A stretch of DNA of 64,000 nucleotides from Squalus acanthias (lineage: Eukaryota): contig CM059431.1 of assembly GCA_030390025.1 (NCBI GenBank), positions 148,492,001-148,556,000 of the forward strand, read 5' to 3'. The notes under the pieces were generated by a model. That model saw only the letters and a program-made list of their open reading frames with translations, was not told where the DNA came from and did no database searches. The first letter of the stretch is position 1. Each line of letters opens with the position of its first letter. Positions 12,414 through 25,344 of this stretch are shown here, in pieces. The position numbers were made by a program, and so were the translations under genes.

Positions 12414-14317
12414 GTCTCTCTCACTCTCTCTCCAGTCTCTCTCTCTCCCCAGTCACTCTCTCGCCGAATCTCTCTCTCTCCCTAGTCTCTCACTCTCTCC
12501 CCAGTGCCTCCAATTCCCCCAGTCTCTCTCTCGCTTCCCTAGTCTCTCTCTCTGTCCCCCAGTCCCTCTCTCTACTGTCTTTCTATCTCGACAGTCTATC
12601 TGCCTCTCCCAGTCTCTCTCTAGCTTCAGTCTATCTCTCCCCGTCTCCCTGTTACCCCCAGTCTCACTCAGCCACAGTCTATCTCTCTCCAGTCTCTCTC
12701 TCTCCCCCAGTCACTCTCTCCCCCTATCTCTTTTTCCCTAGCCTCTTTCTCCCCCAGTCTCTCTCGCTCCCCAGTCTCTCTCTCTCTTCCCAGTCTCCCT
12801 GTCTCTACCATTCTCATTGTCCCCAGTCCATTTCTCCGACAGTCTCTCTCTATCCCGCAGTCTCTCTCTCTTCATCCTCTCTCTCCCAGTCAGTCTCTCG
12901 ACAGTAACTCTATCTCCAATTTCTCTCTCCGCCAGTCTCTCTCTCTGACCCCAGTCGCTATCTCTTTCCCCCAGTCTCTCTCTCTCCTCAGTCTCACTAT
13001 ATCTCCACCAGTCTCTCTCTCTCCTCCCGTCTCTCTCTCTCCCCATTTTCTCAATCCCCCGTCTCCTGTCTCTCCAGTCCCTCTCTCTGCCGCAGCCTCT
13101 CTCTCTCCCCAGTGTCTCTCTCCCCAGTCCCTCTCTACGTCCAGTCTCTCTCTCCCCAGTCTCTCTCGCTCCCCCTGTCTCACTCTCTCCCCCTGTCTCT
13201 CTCTCTCCAGTCACTCTCTCTCTCCCCCAGTAACACTCTCTCCCAGTCTCCCTCTCTCTCCCCATTCCCTCTCTCTCTCTCTCCCCCAGTCTCTATCTCA
13301 CCTGCAGAGTCTTTCTCTCCCCAGTCTCTCTGCCCCCCAGTCTCTCTATACCTCCAGTCTCTCACTCCACAGTCTTCTTGTCTCCCCTAGTCTCAATCTC
13401 CCCAGTTTTTCCTTCTCCCCAGTCTCTTTCTGTCACCCATTCTCTCTATCTTCAGTCTCTCTCACCTCCAGTCTCTCTCTCTCCCCAGTCTCTCTGTCGC
13501 CCCCTGTCTCACTTTCCCCAGTCTCTCACTCTACCCAATCTCTCTCTCGCCCACATTCTCTCCCTTCCCATTCTTACTCTCTCTCCCAGTCTCTCTCTCC
13601 CCAGTCACTCTTCAACACCAGTTTCTCTCTCCGCCAGTCTCTCTCTCTCTCTCCCCCGAGTCCCTATCTCTCTCTCCCCAGTCTCTCTTTCTCTCTCTCT
13701 GCACCCCAGTCTCTCTCTCTCTCCCCCAGACTCACTATCTCCCCTCCAGTCTCTCTCTCTCCTCCAGTCTTTCTCGCTCCCCCAGTCTCACGCTCTCCCC
13801 CGTCTCTCTCTCTCCAGTACCCCTCTCTCTGACCCTCTCCCACAGACACTCTCTCTCCACAGTCTCTCTCACTCCTCCAGAGTCTCTCACTATGCCCAGT
13901 ATCTCTCTTTCTCCCCCAGTCTCTCGCTATCTCCAGTCTCTATCTCCCCAGTCTCCCTGTCTCCCCTGCTTCACTCTCCCCAGTCTCTCTCTCTCCTCAG
14001 TCTTTTTCTCGCACCCAGTCTCTCTCTCTCCAGTCTCTCTTACATCCATTCTCTCTCTCTCCCTAGTCTTCCTGTGTCCCCCAGTTTCACGCTCCCCAGT
14101 CTCTTTCTCTCTCCAGTCTCTTTATCTCACCTAGTGTTTCTCTCCCTATGCAGTCTTTCTCACCTCCAGTCTCTCTCTCTCCCCAGTCTCTCTCAGTCTC
14201 CGGTCTCTCTCTATCCCCCACTCTTCCTCGCTCGCCGCCATTCGCTCTCTCTCTCTCCTCCAGCCTCTCTGTCTTTGCCGGACTCTCTCTCTCCCCCATT
14301 CTCTCTCTCTCTCAAAC

Positions 14318-14650
14318 AGTTATTTTCCCTGGCTGGAGTATCTAGAACTAGGGCACATAGTCTCAGGATAAGGGGTATGCCATTTTAGACTCAGATGAGG
14401 AGGAATTTCATAACTCAGAGTGTTGTGAATGTTTGGAATTCTCTGCCCCAGACGGCTGTGAAAGCTGAGTTTTGAGTATATTCAAGGCTGGGTTAGATAG
14501 ATTTTTGGACTCTCGGGGAATCAAGTGATTTGGAGATCGGGCGGGAATGTGGAATTGAGGTGTATGATCAGCCATGGTCTCATTGAATGGCGGAGCAGTC
14601 TCGAGGTGCCGTAAGGCCTTCTCCAGTTCTTATTTCTTTTTTTCTTATCT
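14318..14650 (+). mobile_element. CR1 3' fragment, copy 1 of 4 with shared 5' truncation
   Basis: cagttattttccctggc..tctagaactagg..aggataagggg through 3'UTR. Confidence 0.85.
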
Positions 14651-15451
14651 TCTTATTATCTCTCATTCTCCCGAGTCTCTCTCTCTCTATCTCTCAGTCT
14701 CTCTCTCTCCCTCAGTCTCTCTCTATCTCTAGTCTCTCTCTGCCACCGTCGCTCTCTATCCAGTCTCTCTCTCCCCCAGTCTCTCTCTCGGCCCCAGTCT
14801 TTCCAACTCTCTCCCAGTTTCTCTCCAACCCCCTGTCTCTCTTTCTCAACATTCTCTCTCTCTCTCCAATCTTCCTTTCTCTCAAGTCTCCGCTCTCACC
14901 CAATCTCTCTCTCTCCCCAGTCTCTCTCTCTCTTCCCCAGTCTGTCAGTCTCTCCAGTCTCTCTCTCCCCAGGCTATCTCACTCACTCCAGTCTCTCTCT
15001 CTTCCCAGTCTCTCAAACCCCCAGCACTCTCTCACCTCAGCCCCTCTCTCTCCCCAATTATTTCTCTCTCTCCAGTCTCCCTCTCTGCGACAGTCTCTCT
15101 CACTCACTCCCCATTCTCTCTCTCCACAGTCTCTCTCTCTCTCCAGTCTCTCTCTCTCCCACAATCTCTCTCTCTCCCTCTCCCCATTCTCTCTCTCCCC
15201 AGTATAACTCTCACCAGTCTCTAACTCACTCCAGTTCTCTCTCCCCCAGTCTCTCTCTCTCTCTCCCGTTCCCTCTCTATCTCCACAGTCTCTCTCTAGC
15301 TCTGTCCCAGTCGCCCCCTCACACCTAGTCTCACTCTCTCTGCTCCAGTCTCCCTCTCTCACCCCCATTCGCTCTCTCACTCTCTCTCTCTCTCCCCTTG
15401 CCTCTCTCTCTGTTTCAGACTCTCTCTCTCGCATAGTCTCGCTATCTCTAC

Positions 15452-15780
15452 CGGTCGTTTCCACTGGCTGGAGTGTCTCGAACTAGGGCACATAATATCA
15501 GGATAAGGTGTCGGCCATTTAAGACTCAGATGTGGAACAATTTCATAAGAGAGAGTGTTGTGAAAATTTGGAATTCTCTGCCCCAGAAGGCTGTGAATGC
15601 TGAGTTTTGAGTTTGAAGGATTTTTGGTCTCATGGGGAATCCTGGGATTTGCAGATCGGGCGGGAATGTGGAGTTGATATGTATGATCAGCCATGTTCTC
15701 ATTGAATGGCGGTGCAGTCTCGAGGGGCCTTTTGTCCCACTCCTGTTCTTATTTCTTATTTTCCCATGTTTTTATGTTCT
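15452..15780 (+). mobile_element. CR1 3' fragment, copy 2 of 4
   Basis: Same start point and extent as copy 1. Confidence 0.85.
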
Positions 15781-18700
15781 CTCAATTTCTCAAATCTCTC
15801 TCTCTCTCCGCAGTCTCTCGCTCTCTCCAGCCTCTCTCTCCCAGAGTCTCTCTCTCTCTCTCCAGTCTCTCTCTCTCTCCCCCAGTTTCTCTCTCTCTCC
15901 AGTCTCTTTCTCTCCCACAGTCTCCTTCTCTCACCATTCTCTCTCGCTCCCCAGTATCTCTCTCCCTGCAGTCTCTCTCTCCGACAGTCTGACTTTCTAT
16001 CCCAATTCTCTCTCGCTCTCCAGTCTCTCTCTACTCTATGTCTATTTCTCTCTCCAGTCTCTCTCTCCCCTAGTCGCTCTCACTCCCCCTCCAGTTCCTT
16101 TCTCTCTCTCTCAATTGTCTCAGTCTCTCTCCCCAGCCTCACTCTCTCTGCTCCAGTTGCGCTCTCTCCAGAACTTCTTCATCTCCAGTCTCTCTCTCTC
16201 CCCCCAATCTCTCTCTCTCCCCAGTCTCTCTCTTCCCCATCTCTCTCTCTCTCTTCAGTTTCTCTCTCTCCCAGTCACTGTCTCTCTGCAGTTTCTCTCT
16301 CCCACAGTATCTCAATCTCTCCCCATTGCTCCTCTCGACAATTCCATCTCTCTCATCAGTCTCTCTCTCTCTGCTTTCTATCTCACCCCTAGTACCTCTT
16401 TCTCGCCAAGGCTCTCTCTCCCGCAGACTCTCTAAATCTCCAGTCGTTCACTCCCGCAGTCTCATTCTCCTCCAGTCTCCCGCTGTCACCACACTCTCTC
16501 TCACCCAGTCTCTCTCTCTCCACTCTCTCTCCGATAGTCTCTCTCTCTCTCCCCATACGCCCTCTCTACTCAGTCTCTCTCTCCAATCTCTCTCTCTCTC
16601 CATTCTCTCTCTCCGCTAGTCTCTCTCTCTCCCCAGTCCCTCTCTCCCCAGTCTCTCTCTCTACAGTCTCTCTCTCTCCCCAGTCTCTCACTCTGCCAGT
16701 CTTTCTCTCTATGCAGACTCTCTCTCCCACAGTCTCTCACACTTGCTCCATTGTCTATCTCGCCATTCCATCTCTCTTACCAGTCTCTCGCTCTCTGTTT
16801 TCGATCTCTCCCTAGCACCTCTCTCTCCCGCAGTCTCACTCTCCTCCAGCCTCTCTCTCTCCCCAGTCTCTCTATCTCCCCAGTCACTCCCTTACCCAGT
16901 CTCTCTCTATTTCCTGTCTCTCGCTCTCCCCAGTCTCTCTCTCCCCCGTCTTTCTCTCTCCAATCACTCTCTCCAGTCTCTCTACAGCTAGTCTCTCCCT
17001 CTCTCCCCAGTCCCTCTCTCTCTCTCTCTCTCAAGTCTCCCAGTCTCTCACGCCCAGTCTCTCTCTCTCTCCCCAGAATCTCTCTCCCCATTCTCTCTCT
17101 CTACAGTCTCTCAACCTCCCCAGTCTCTCTCTCTCTCTGCCAGTCTTACTCTCTCTGCAGACTCTCTGTCACACAGTCTCTCACACTCTCCACATTGTCT
17201 CTCTCCCCCATTCCATCTCTGTCACCAGTCTCTCTCTCTCTTCAGTTTCTCTCTCTCCCAGTCACTGTCTCTCTGCAGTTTCTCTCTCCCACAGTATCTC
17301 AATCTCTCCCCATTGCTCCTCTCGACAATTCCATCTCTCTCATCAGTCTCTCTCTCTCTGCTTTCTATCTCACCCCTAGTACCTCTTTCTCGCCAAGGCT
17401 CTCTCTCCCGCAGACTCTCTAAATCTCCAGTCGTTCACTCCCGCAGTCTCATTCTCCTCCAGTCTCCCTCTGTCACCACACTCTCTCTCTCCCAGTCTCT
17501 CTCTCTCCACTCTCTCTCCGATAGTCTCTCTCTCTCTCCCCATACGCCCTCTCTACTCAGTCTCTCTCTCTCCAATCTCTCTCTCTCTCCATTCTCTCTC
17601 TCCGCTAGTCTCTCTCTCTCCCCAGTCCCTCTCTCCCCAGTCTCTCTCTCTACAGTCTCTCTCTCTCCCCAGTCTCTCACTCTGCCAGTCTTTCTCTCTA
17701 TGCAGACTCTCTCTCCCACAGTCTCTCACACTTGCTCCATTGTCTCTCTCGCTATTCCATCTCTCTTACCAGTCTCTCGCTCTCTGTTTTCGATCTCTCC
17801 CTAGCACCTCTCTCTCCCGCAGTCTCACTCTCCTCCAGCCTCTCTCTCTCCCCAGTCTCTCTATCTCCCCAGTCACTCCCTCGCCCAGTCTCTCTCTATT
17901 TCCTGTCTCTCGCTCTCCCCAGTCTCTCTCTCCCCCGTCTTTCTCTCTCCAATCACTCTCTCCAGTCTCTCTACAGCTAGTCTCTCCCTCTCTCCCCAGT
18001 CCCTCTCTCTCTCTCTCTCCCAAGTCTCCCAGTCTCTCACGCCCAGTCTCTCTCTCTCTCCCCAGTTTCTCTCTCCCCATTCTCTCTCTACAGTCTCTCA
18101 ACCTCCCCAGTCTCTCTCTCTCTCTCTCTCTGCCAGTCTTACTCTCTCTGCAGACTCTCTGTCACACAGTCTCTCACACTCTCCACATTGTCTCTCTCCC
18201 CCATTCCATCTCTGTCACCAGTCTCTCTCTCTCTGCTTTCGATCTCTCCCAAGTAGCTCTCTCTACCACAGTCTCACTCTCCTCCAGCCTCTCTCTCTCC
18301 CCAGTCTATCTCTCTCCCCAGTCACTCCCTCACCCAGTCTCTCTCGATCTCCAGTCTCTCTCTCTCTCCCAGTCTCTCTCTCCCCCGTCTCTCTATCCAC
18401 AGTCTCTCTCTCCGCACATTGACTCACCCTCTCCAGTCTCTCCCTCCCGCAGCCTCTCTCGCTCTCTCCCAATATTGCACTCCATATTATCTCTCTCTCT
18501 CCCATCTCTCTCTCGCTCAGTCTCTCTCTCTCTCTCCAGTCTCTCTCTCTCCCCAGTCTCTCTCTTCCCCCCAGTTTCTCTCTCCAGTCACTCTCTCTCC
18601 GATAGTCTATCTCTCTCTCCCCATTCTCTCTCTCTCCCCAACCTCATCTCTCTCCAATCTTTTTCTCTCCCCCAGTCTCCCTCTCTCACCATTCTTTCTC

Positions 18701-19214
18701 TTTCCCCAGTCTCTCTCTCTCTCCAGTTAGCCTCTCTCCGGCAGTATCTCTCTCTCCACCCATTCTCTCTCTCTCCCCAATTTCTCTCTCTCCAGTCTTT
18801 CTCTCTCTCAAGTCTCTCTCTCTCAAAAGTATCTCTCTCTCTCCCCAGTCCCTTTCTCTGCCTCCCAAGTCTTTCAGTCTCTCTCCCCAGTCTCTCTCTC
18901 TCTACATTCTCTCTCTCTCTCCCCAGTCTCTCTCTTTACCAGTCTCGCTCTCTGCAGACTCTCTCTCCCACAGTCTTTCACTCTCTCTCCATTGTCTCTC
19001 TACCGCATTGCATCTCTATCACCAGTCTCTCTCTCTCTGCTTTCTATCTCTCCCCTAGTCCCACTCTCTCCCCAAGGATCTCGCTCTCCCGTAGTCTCTA
19101 TCACAATCCATGTCTCTCTCTCTCCAGTCTCTCTCTCGCTCTCCAGTCTCTCTCTCTCCCCTAGCATCTCTCTCTGTGCCAGTCTCTCCCTCACCCCAAG
19201 TCTCTCTCTCTCTA

Positions 19215-19553
19215 ACAGTTGTTTCCCCTGGCAGGTGTGTCTAGAACTTGAGGGCATAATCTCAGGATAAGGGTTAGGCAATTTAAAACCGAGATGATGA
19301 GGAATTTCTTATGTCAGAGTGTTGTGAATCTTTGTAATTCTATTCCCCAGACGGCTGTGAATGCTGAGTCTTTGAGTATATTCAACGTTGAGATAGATAG
19401 CTTTTTGGATTCTTGGGGAATCAAGGGATTTGGATATCGGGCGGGAAAGTTGAGGTCGATGATCATCCATGATCTGATTGAAAGGCAGTGCAATCTAGGG
19501 GCCCCGTATGGCTTACTCCTGCTCTAATTTCTTATTTTCATATGTTGTTATGA
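19215..19553 (+). mobile_element. CR1 3' fragment, copy 3 of 4
   Basis: cagttgtttcccctggcagg start, same extent. Confidence 0.85.
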
Positions 19554-20106
19554 TCTCTCTCTCTCCCAGGTCACTCTCTCGCTCTCCCCAAGTCTCTCTC
19601 TCTCTCTAGTCTCTCTCTTATTGGTCTCTCTCTCTATCTCCCAATCTCTCTCTCTCGCACAATCTCTGTCCTTATCCCTATTATCTCTCTCTTCCCAGTC
19701 ATTCTCGCTCCAGTCTCTCTCTCTCCAGTGTCTCTCTACTCAGTCTGTCTCGCTCTCCCCCTGTCCCTCTCTCTCCCCAGTCTCTCTCTCTCCCTCTGCC
19801 CCAGTCTCTCCCTTTCCCCGAGTCTCTCTCTCTCTCTCTGCTCCATTCTATCTCTCTCCAGTCTCACTCTCTCTCCAGTCTTTCTCTCTCCACAATCACA
19901 CCGTCTCCCCATTCTCTCTCTCTCTCTCTCTCTCTCAGTCTCTCTATCTCTCCAATCTCTCTCTCTCTCTCTCCGGTTTCTATCTCCCCAAGTTTCTCCC
20001 TCTCTGCAGTCTCTATCTCCTACAGTCTGTCTCTCTCTCCCCATTCTCTCTCTCCCCACAGTCTCACTCTCTCCAGTCTCTTTCTCTCCCACAGTCTTCC
20101 TCTCTC

Positions 20107-21355
20107 ATAGAAGCATAGAAGCATAGAAGATAGGAGCAGGAGTAGGCCATTCGGCCACTCGAGACTGCTCCGCCATTTAATGAGACCATGGCTGATCATC
20201 CAAATTCAGTACTCTGTTTCTGCTTTCTCCCCATATCCCTTGATCCCTTTAGCCTGAAGAAATATATCTATCTCCCTCTTGAATATATTCAATGAATTGG
20301 CCTCAACTGCCTTCTGTGGTAGAGAATTCCACAGGTTCACCACTCTCTGGGTTAAGAAATACGTCCTCATCTCAGTCCTAAATGGCTTACCCCTTATCCT
20401 TAGAATGTGACCTCTGGTTCCAGACTCCTCCGCCATCGGGAACATCTTTCCTGCATCTAGTCTGTCTAGTCCTGTTAGAATTTTTTTAAGTTTCAATGAG
20501 ATGCCCTCTCATTCTTCGAAAATCTAACGAGTATAAGCCTAATCGACCCAATCTCTCTTCATACTTCATTCCTGCCATTCCAGATTTCAGTCTGTTAAAT
20601 CTTCGCTGCATTCCCTCCATGGCAAGAACATCCTTCCTCAGATAAGGCGACCAAAACTGCACACAATACTCAAGGTGTAATCTCACCAAGGCCTTGTACA
20701 ACTGTAGCAAGACATCCTTGCTCCTGTACTCGAATCCTCTCGCTGTGAAGGCCAACATACCATTTGCCTTCTTAACCGCCTGCTGCACCTGCATGCTTAC
20801 CTTCAGCGACTGGTGCACAAGGACACTCAGGTCTCGTTGCACTACCCCTTTTCCCAGTCTATTGCCGTTCAGATGATAATCTGTCCTCCAGTTTTGCCAC
20901 CAAAGTGGAGAATCTCGCATTTATCCACATGATACTGCATCTGCCATGCATCTGCCCAATCACCCAACCTGTCAAAATCATGCTGGAATTTCGCTGCATC
21001 CTCCTCAAAGCACACATGCCCACCCAGCTTTGTGTCGTCTGCAAACTTAGATATATTACATCTAGTTCCCTCAGCTAGATCATATATATATATTGTGAAT
21101 AGCTGAGGTCCTAGCACCGATTCCTGTCGTACCCCACTAGTAACTGCCTGCCACTCGAAAAAAGACCCGTTTATTCCAACTCTTTGCTTCCTGTCTGCCA
21201 ACCAGTTCTCTATCCAAATCAGTACCTCATCTCAAATCCCATGTGCTTTAACTTTGCACGCTAATCTCTTATGCGGGACCTTATCGGAACCCTTCTGAAA
21301 GTCCAAATGCACCACATCCACTGTTTCTCCCTCATCTTTTCTTCCAGTTAAATCA
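20107..21355 (-). mobile_element. CR1 LINE, RT-containing 3' 1.25 kb
   Basis: DVVHLDFQK..SVLGPQLF..SKFADDTKL..EYCVQFW; (atagaagc)n tail; same subfamily as 56985-60455. Confidence 0.92.
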
Positions 21356-22326
21356 TCTCTTGCTCTCCCCCCGTCTCTCTCTCTCTCCAGTCTCTCTCTC
21401 TCTACGACTGTCTCTCTCTCTCCACATTCTCTCTCGATCTCTCCAGTTCCCTTACTCCCGTATCTCTTTCCAGTCTCTCTCTCCCCAAGTCTCTCTCTCA
21501 CCAGTCCCTCTCTCTCTCTCACAAGTCTCTCAGTCTCTCTCCCCCAGACTCCCTCTCTCCCCTATCTCTCTCTTTCCCCAGTCTCTCTCTCTCCCGGTCT
21601 CTTTATTCTCTGCAGTCTCTCTCTCCCACAGACTCTCACTCCCTCCCCATTGTCTCTCTCCCCCATTACTTCTGTCTCACGAGTCTCTCTCTCCGCTTTG
21701 TATCTCTCCCCAGTCCCTCTCTCTCCCCAAAGCTCTCTCTCTCCAGCAGTCTTTCTCACTCTGCAGTCTATCTCTCCCAGTCTCACTCTCCTCCAGCCTC
21801 TCACTCTCCCCAGTCTCTCTCTCCCACCACAGTTTCTCCCTGCTGAAGTCTCTCTCTATCTCCAATCTCTCTCTCTCCAATGTCTCTCTCTCTCCCCAGT
21901 CTCTCTCGCTCCCTCAGTCACTCTCTGTCTCCAATTTCTCTCACCGCTAGTCTCTCTCGCTCTCTCCCAATCTTGCTTTCCCTAGTCTCTCTCAAACACA
22001 GTCTCACTATCCTACAGCCTCTCAATCTCCACAGTCTATCTCTCTCCCCAGTCTATCCCAACCCCAGTCTCTCTCTATCTCCAGTATATCTCTCTCCGCT
22101 GTCTCTCTCTCGCCCCTGTCTCTCTCGCACCCCCAGAAACTCTCTCTCTCTGCAGTCTCTCTCTCACCCCCAGTCTCTCTTTCTGTTTCCTAATCTTGTG
22201 CTCCCAAGTCTCTCTCTCCCCTAGTCTCTCACTCTACCCCAGTCTCTCTCTCTCTCTGGTCTCCCTCTCGCTCACCATTCGCTAATTTCCCAGTCTCTTA
22301 CTCTCCCCCAGTCTCTCTCCCTCCTC

Positions 22327-22360
<34 letters not shown>

Positions 22361-22700
22361 CAGTTGTTCCCCTGGCAGGTGTGTCTAGAACTAGTGGGCA
22401 TAGTCTCAGGATAAGGAGTATCCCATTTAATACCGAGATGATGAGGAATTTCTTACGTCAGAGTTTTCTGATTCTTTGCAATTCTCTGCCCCAGAAGGCT
22501 GTGAATGCTGAGTCTTTGAGGTTATTCCAGGCTGAGATAGATAGATTTCTGGAATCTTTGGGAATAAAGGGAAATGGAGATCGGGTAGTAAAGTTGAGGT
22601 CGATGATCACCCATGATCTGATTGAAAGGTGGAGCAGGCCCGGGGCCACGTATGGCCTAATCTTGTTCTACGTTCTAATTTTCTTATGTTGTTATATTCT
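22361..22700 (+). mobile_element. CR1 3' fragment, copy 4 of 4
   Basis: cagttgttcccctggcagg start, same extent. Confidence 0.85.
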
Positions 22701-23984
22701 CTCTCATCTCTCCCCAGTCTCTCTCTCTGTCTCCCAGTCTCTATCTCCCCCAGTCGCTCTCTGTCTCTAACTGTCTCTCTCTCTCTCCCCAGATTCTCTC
22801 TCTCCTCCCTAAGTGTGTGAGATAGAGACTGAGAGAGAATGTGGCAGAAACTGAGAGAGATTGAGATAGAGACTGAGAGAGAGTGAGACCGAGACTGAGA
22901 GAGTGAGACAGAGACTCAGAGAGTGAGACAGAGACTGAGAGAGAGTGAGACCGAGACGGAGAGAGAGTGAGACAGAGAATGAGAGAGAGTGAGATCGGGA
23001 CTGAGAGAGAGTGAGACCGAGACTGAGAGAGAGTGAGACCGAGACTGAGAGAGAATGAGACCGAGACTGTGAGAGAGTGATACCGAGACTGAGAGAGAGG
23101 GAGACCGAGACTGAGAGAGAGTGAGACCGAGACTGAGAGAGTGTGAGACAGAGACTGAGGGAGTGTGAGACCGAGACTGAGAGACAGAGCGCGAGACTGA
23201 GAGAGAGTGAGAAGGAGACTTGGAGAGAGTGAGACCGAGGCGGAGAGAGAGTGAGACCGAGACTGAGAGAGTGTGAAACCGAGACTGAGAGTGTAAGACC
23301 GAGACTGAGAGAGCGAGACCAAGACTGAGAGAGTGTGAGACCGAGACTGAGAGAGAGTGAGACCGAGACTGAGAGAGAGTGAGACCGAGACTGAGAGAGA
23401 GTGATACCGAAACTGAGAGAGAGTGAGACCGAAACTGAGAGAGAGTGAGACCGAGACTGAGAGAGAGTGAGACCGAGACTGAGAGAGAGTGAGACCGAGA
23501 CTGAGAGAGAGTGATACCGAGACTGTGAGAGAGTGATACCGAGACTGTGAGAGAGTGAGACCGAAACTGAGAGAGAATGAGACCGAGACTGAGAGTGAGA
23601 CCGAGACTGAGAGAGAGTGAGACCGAGACTGAGAGAGAGTGAGACCGAGACTGAGAGAGAGTGATACCGAGACTGTGAGAGAGTGAGACCGAAACTGAGA
23701 GAGAATGAGACCGAGACTGAGAGTGAGACCGAGACTGAGAGAGAGTGAGACCGAGACTGAGAGAGAGTGAGACCGAGACTGAGAGAGAGTGATACCGAGA
23801 CTGTGAGAGAGTGAGACCGAAACTGAGAGAGAGTGAGACCGAGACTGAGAGAGAGTGAGACCGAGACTGAGAGTGAGACCGAGACTGAGAGAGAGTGAGA
23901 CCGAGACTGAGAGAGTGACAGAGACTGAGAGAGAGTGAGACCGAGACTGAGAGAGAGTGAGACCGAGACTGAGAAGAGAGAGAA

Positions 23985-24112
23985 AATGTGGAGATGCCGG
24001 TGTTGGACTGGGGTGGGCAAATGTGAGAAGTCGCTCAGCACCTGGTTATATTCCAACAGCGTTATTTGAATCCACAAGCTTTCGGAGCGCTGCTCCTTCG
24101 TCAGGTGAAGAC
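23985..24112 (-). mobile_element. Solo Penelope-like terminal fragment (~125 bp) inside the minisatellite
   Basis: Reverse complement aligns with 9452-9540 (..aaataa..ctgttgga.tataaccaggtg.tg.gcgacttctca). Confidence 0.85.
24072..24108 (-). ncRNA. Minimal type I hammerhead ribozyme motif (intact core)
   Basis: Minus strand: tcac-CTGACGA-A-GGAGC(AGC)GCTCC-GAAA-GCTT-gtgg. Confidence 0.85.
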
Positions 24113-24994
24113 CGATACTGAGAGAGAGTGAGAACGAGACTGAGAGAGAGAGTTCGAGACTGAGAGAGAGTGAGACCGAGACTGGGAGAGAGTGAGACCG
24201 ATACTGAGAGTGAGGCCGAGACTGAGAGAGTGAGACCGAGACTGAGAGAGAGTGAGACCGAGACTGAGAGAGAGTGAGTCCGATACTGAGAGTGAGACCG
24301 AGACTGAGAGAGTGAGACCGAGACTAAGAGAGAGTGAGACCGATACTGAGAGTGAGGCCGAGACTGAGAGAGTGAGACCGAGACTGAGAGAGAGAGAGAC
24401 CGAGACTGAGAGAGAGAGCACGACATAGTGAGGACGTCGGGCAGAGTGGCAGAGATAGACAGGAGAGATAGATGGAGATAGAGAGATTGGAGAGGTTAAT
24501 AGATATAGATAGGGAGAGAGAGGGTAACGGAGATAGAGGAGAGATAGAGCGATGTGAAATTATTTCATAGCGAAAGGGAGAGAGAGAGAAAGGTTGGCAG
24601 AGATAGAGGAGAGATAGATGGTAGCAAACAAACGCGGAGTGAAAGCGGATTATAGAAAGAGTGAGATGATTTTTCCTCTTGCTTCTGTGAAATTATGTAT
24701 GAGGTGGGCCCTTTGAGCTGGTAGTGATCCTTTGATAAAATGTACTTTATTACTGAGTGTGATCTCAGCTTTTTTATCTCCAAAAATGGGACAGAGCGGA
24801 GTTGCTGACAGCTCAACAGAAGCCAATTGTTGGAAGGACAGTAGAGTTGTTCCAGGAAGAATGTGTATTAATTTAAATGCACTGGGATGACAGAAGCAGG
24901 AATTGATATCTCGACACTGGTCCGACAGAGACTGGAGCTGAGCATCCCAGGGAGCGGCATCACTGAGAGAGGGGAGGCAGTGATCGTTGGGTAA

Positions 24995-25340
24995 GGCACA
25001 GGCTCCATCCACGCCCTGTGTTTAGTTAGCCTTATCTCACACCCGTTGTGGCACTGAGCATCACATACACACACAGAGCAGGAGAGGCCCAGGCTCCATC
25101 CCCGGCCTGTGCTAAGTTAGCCTGAATTCAACCGATGTGATACTGAGCCCCACACACACACAGAGCAGGAAAGCCCCAGGCTCCATCCCCGGCCTGTGCT
25201 GAGTTAGCCTGAATTCAACCGCTGTGGTACTGAGTTCCACACTCGCAGAAATCAAGAAAGGCCCAGGCTCTATCCCCGGGCTGTGCTGAGATAGCCTGAA
25301 CTAACACCCCGTGTGGTACTGGGCCCCACATAGACCGAGA
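24995..25340 (+). repeat. 87-91 bp tandem repeat, ~4 copies, resembling a tRNA-derived SINE head
   Basis: caggctccatccccggcctgtgctgagttagc at 24999, 25090, 25177, 25264. Confidence 0.8.
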
Positions 25341-25344
25341 TTCG

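Larger units (their letters stand above)
11050..22810. repeat. ~11.8 kb CT-rich low-complexity satellite (ccccagtctctctct motif) with embedded CR1 pieces
   Basis: Strongly polypyrimidine plus strand; all S/L/P-rich ORFs here derive from it. Confidence 0.92.
22815..24420. repeat. 22-bp minisatellite (gagaccgagactgagagagagt) with 18/20-bp variants
   Basis: Highly homogeneous tandem units. Confidence 0.93.

Noticed and set aside
17338..17350. CTGATGA on the minus strand
   Set aside because: Chance match in low-complexity DNA; no stem II or GAAA partner
11036..24426. Long S/L/P- and E/R-rich ORFs (up to 474 aa)
   Set aside because: Translations of CT/GA low-complexity satellite, open in several frames, no domains
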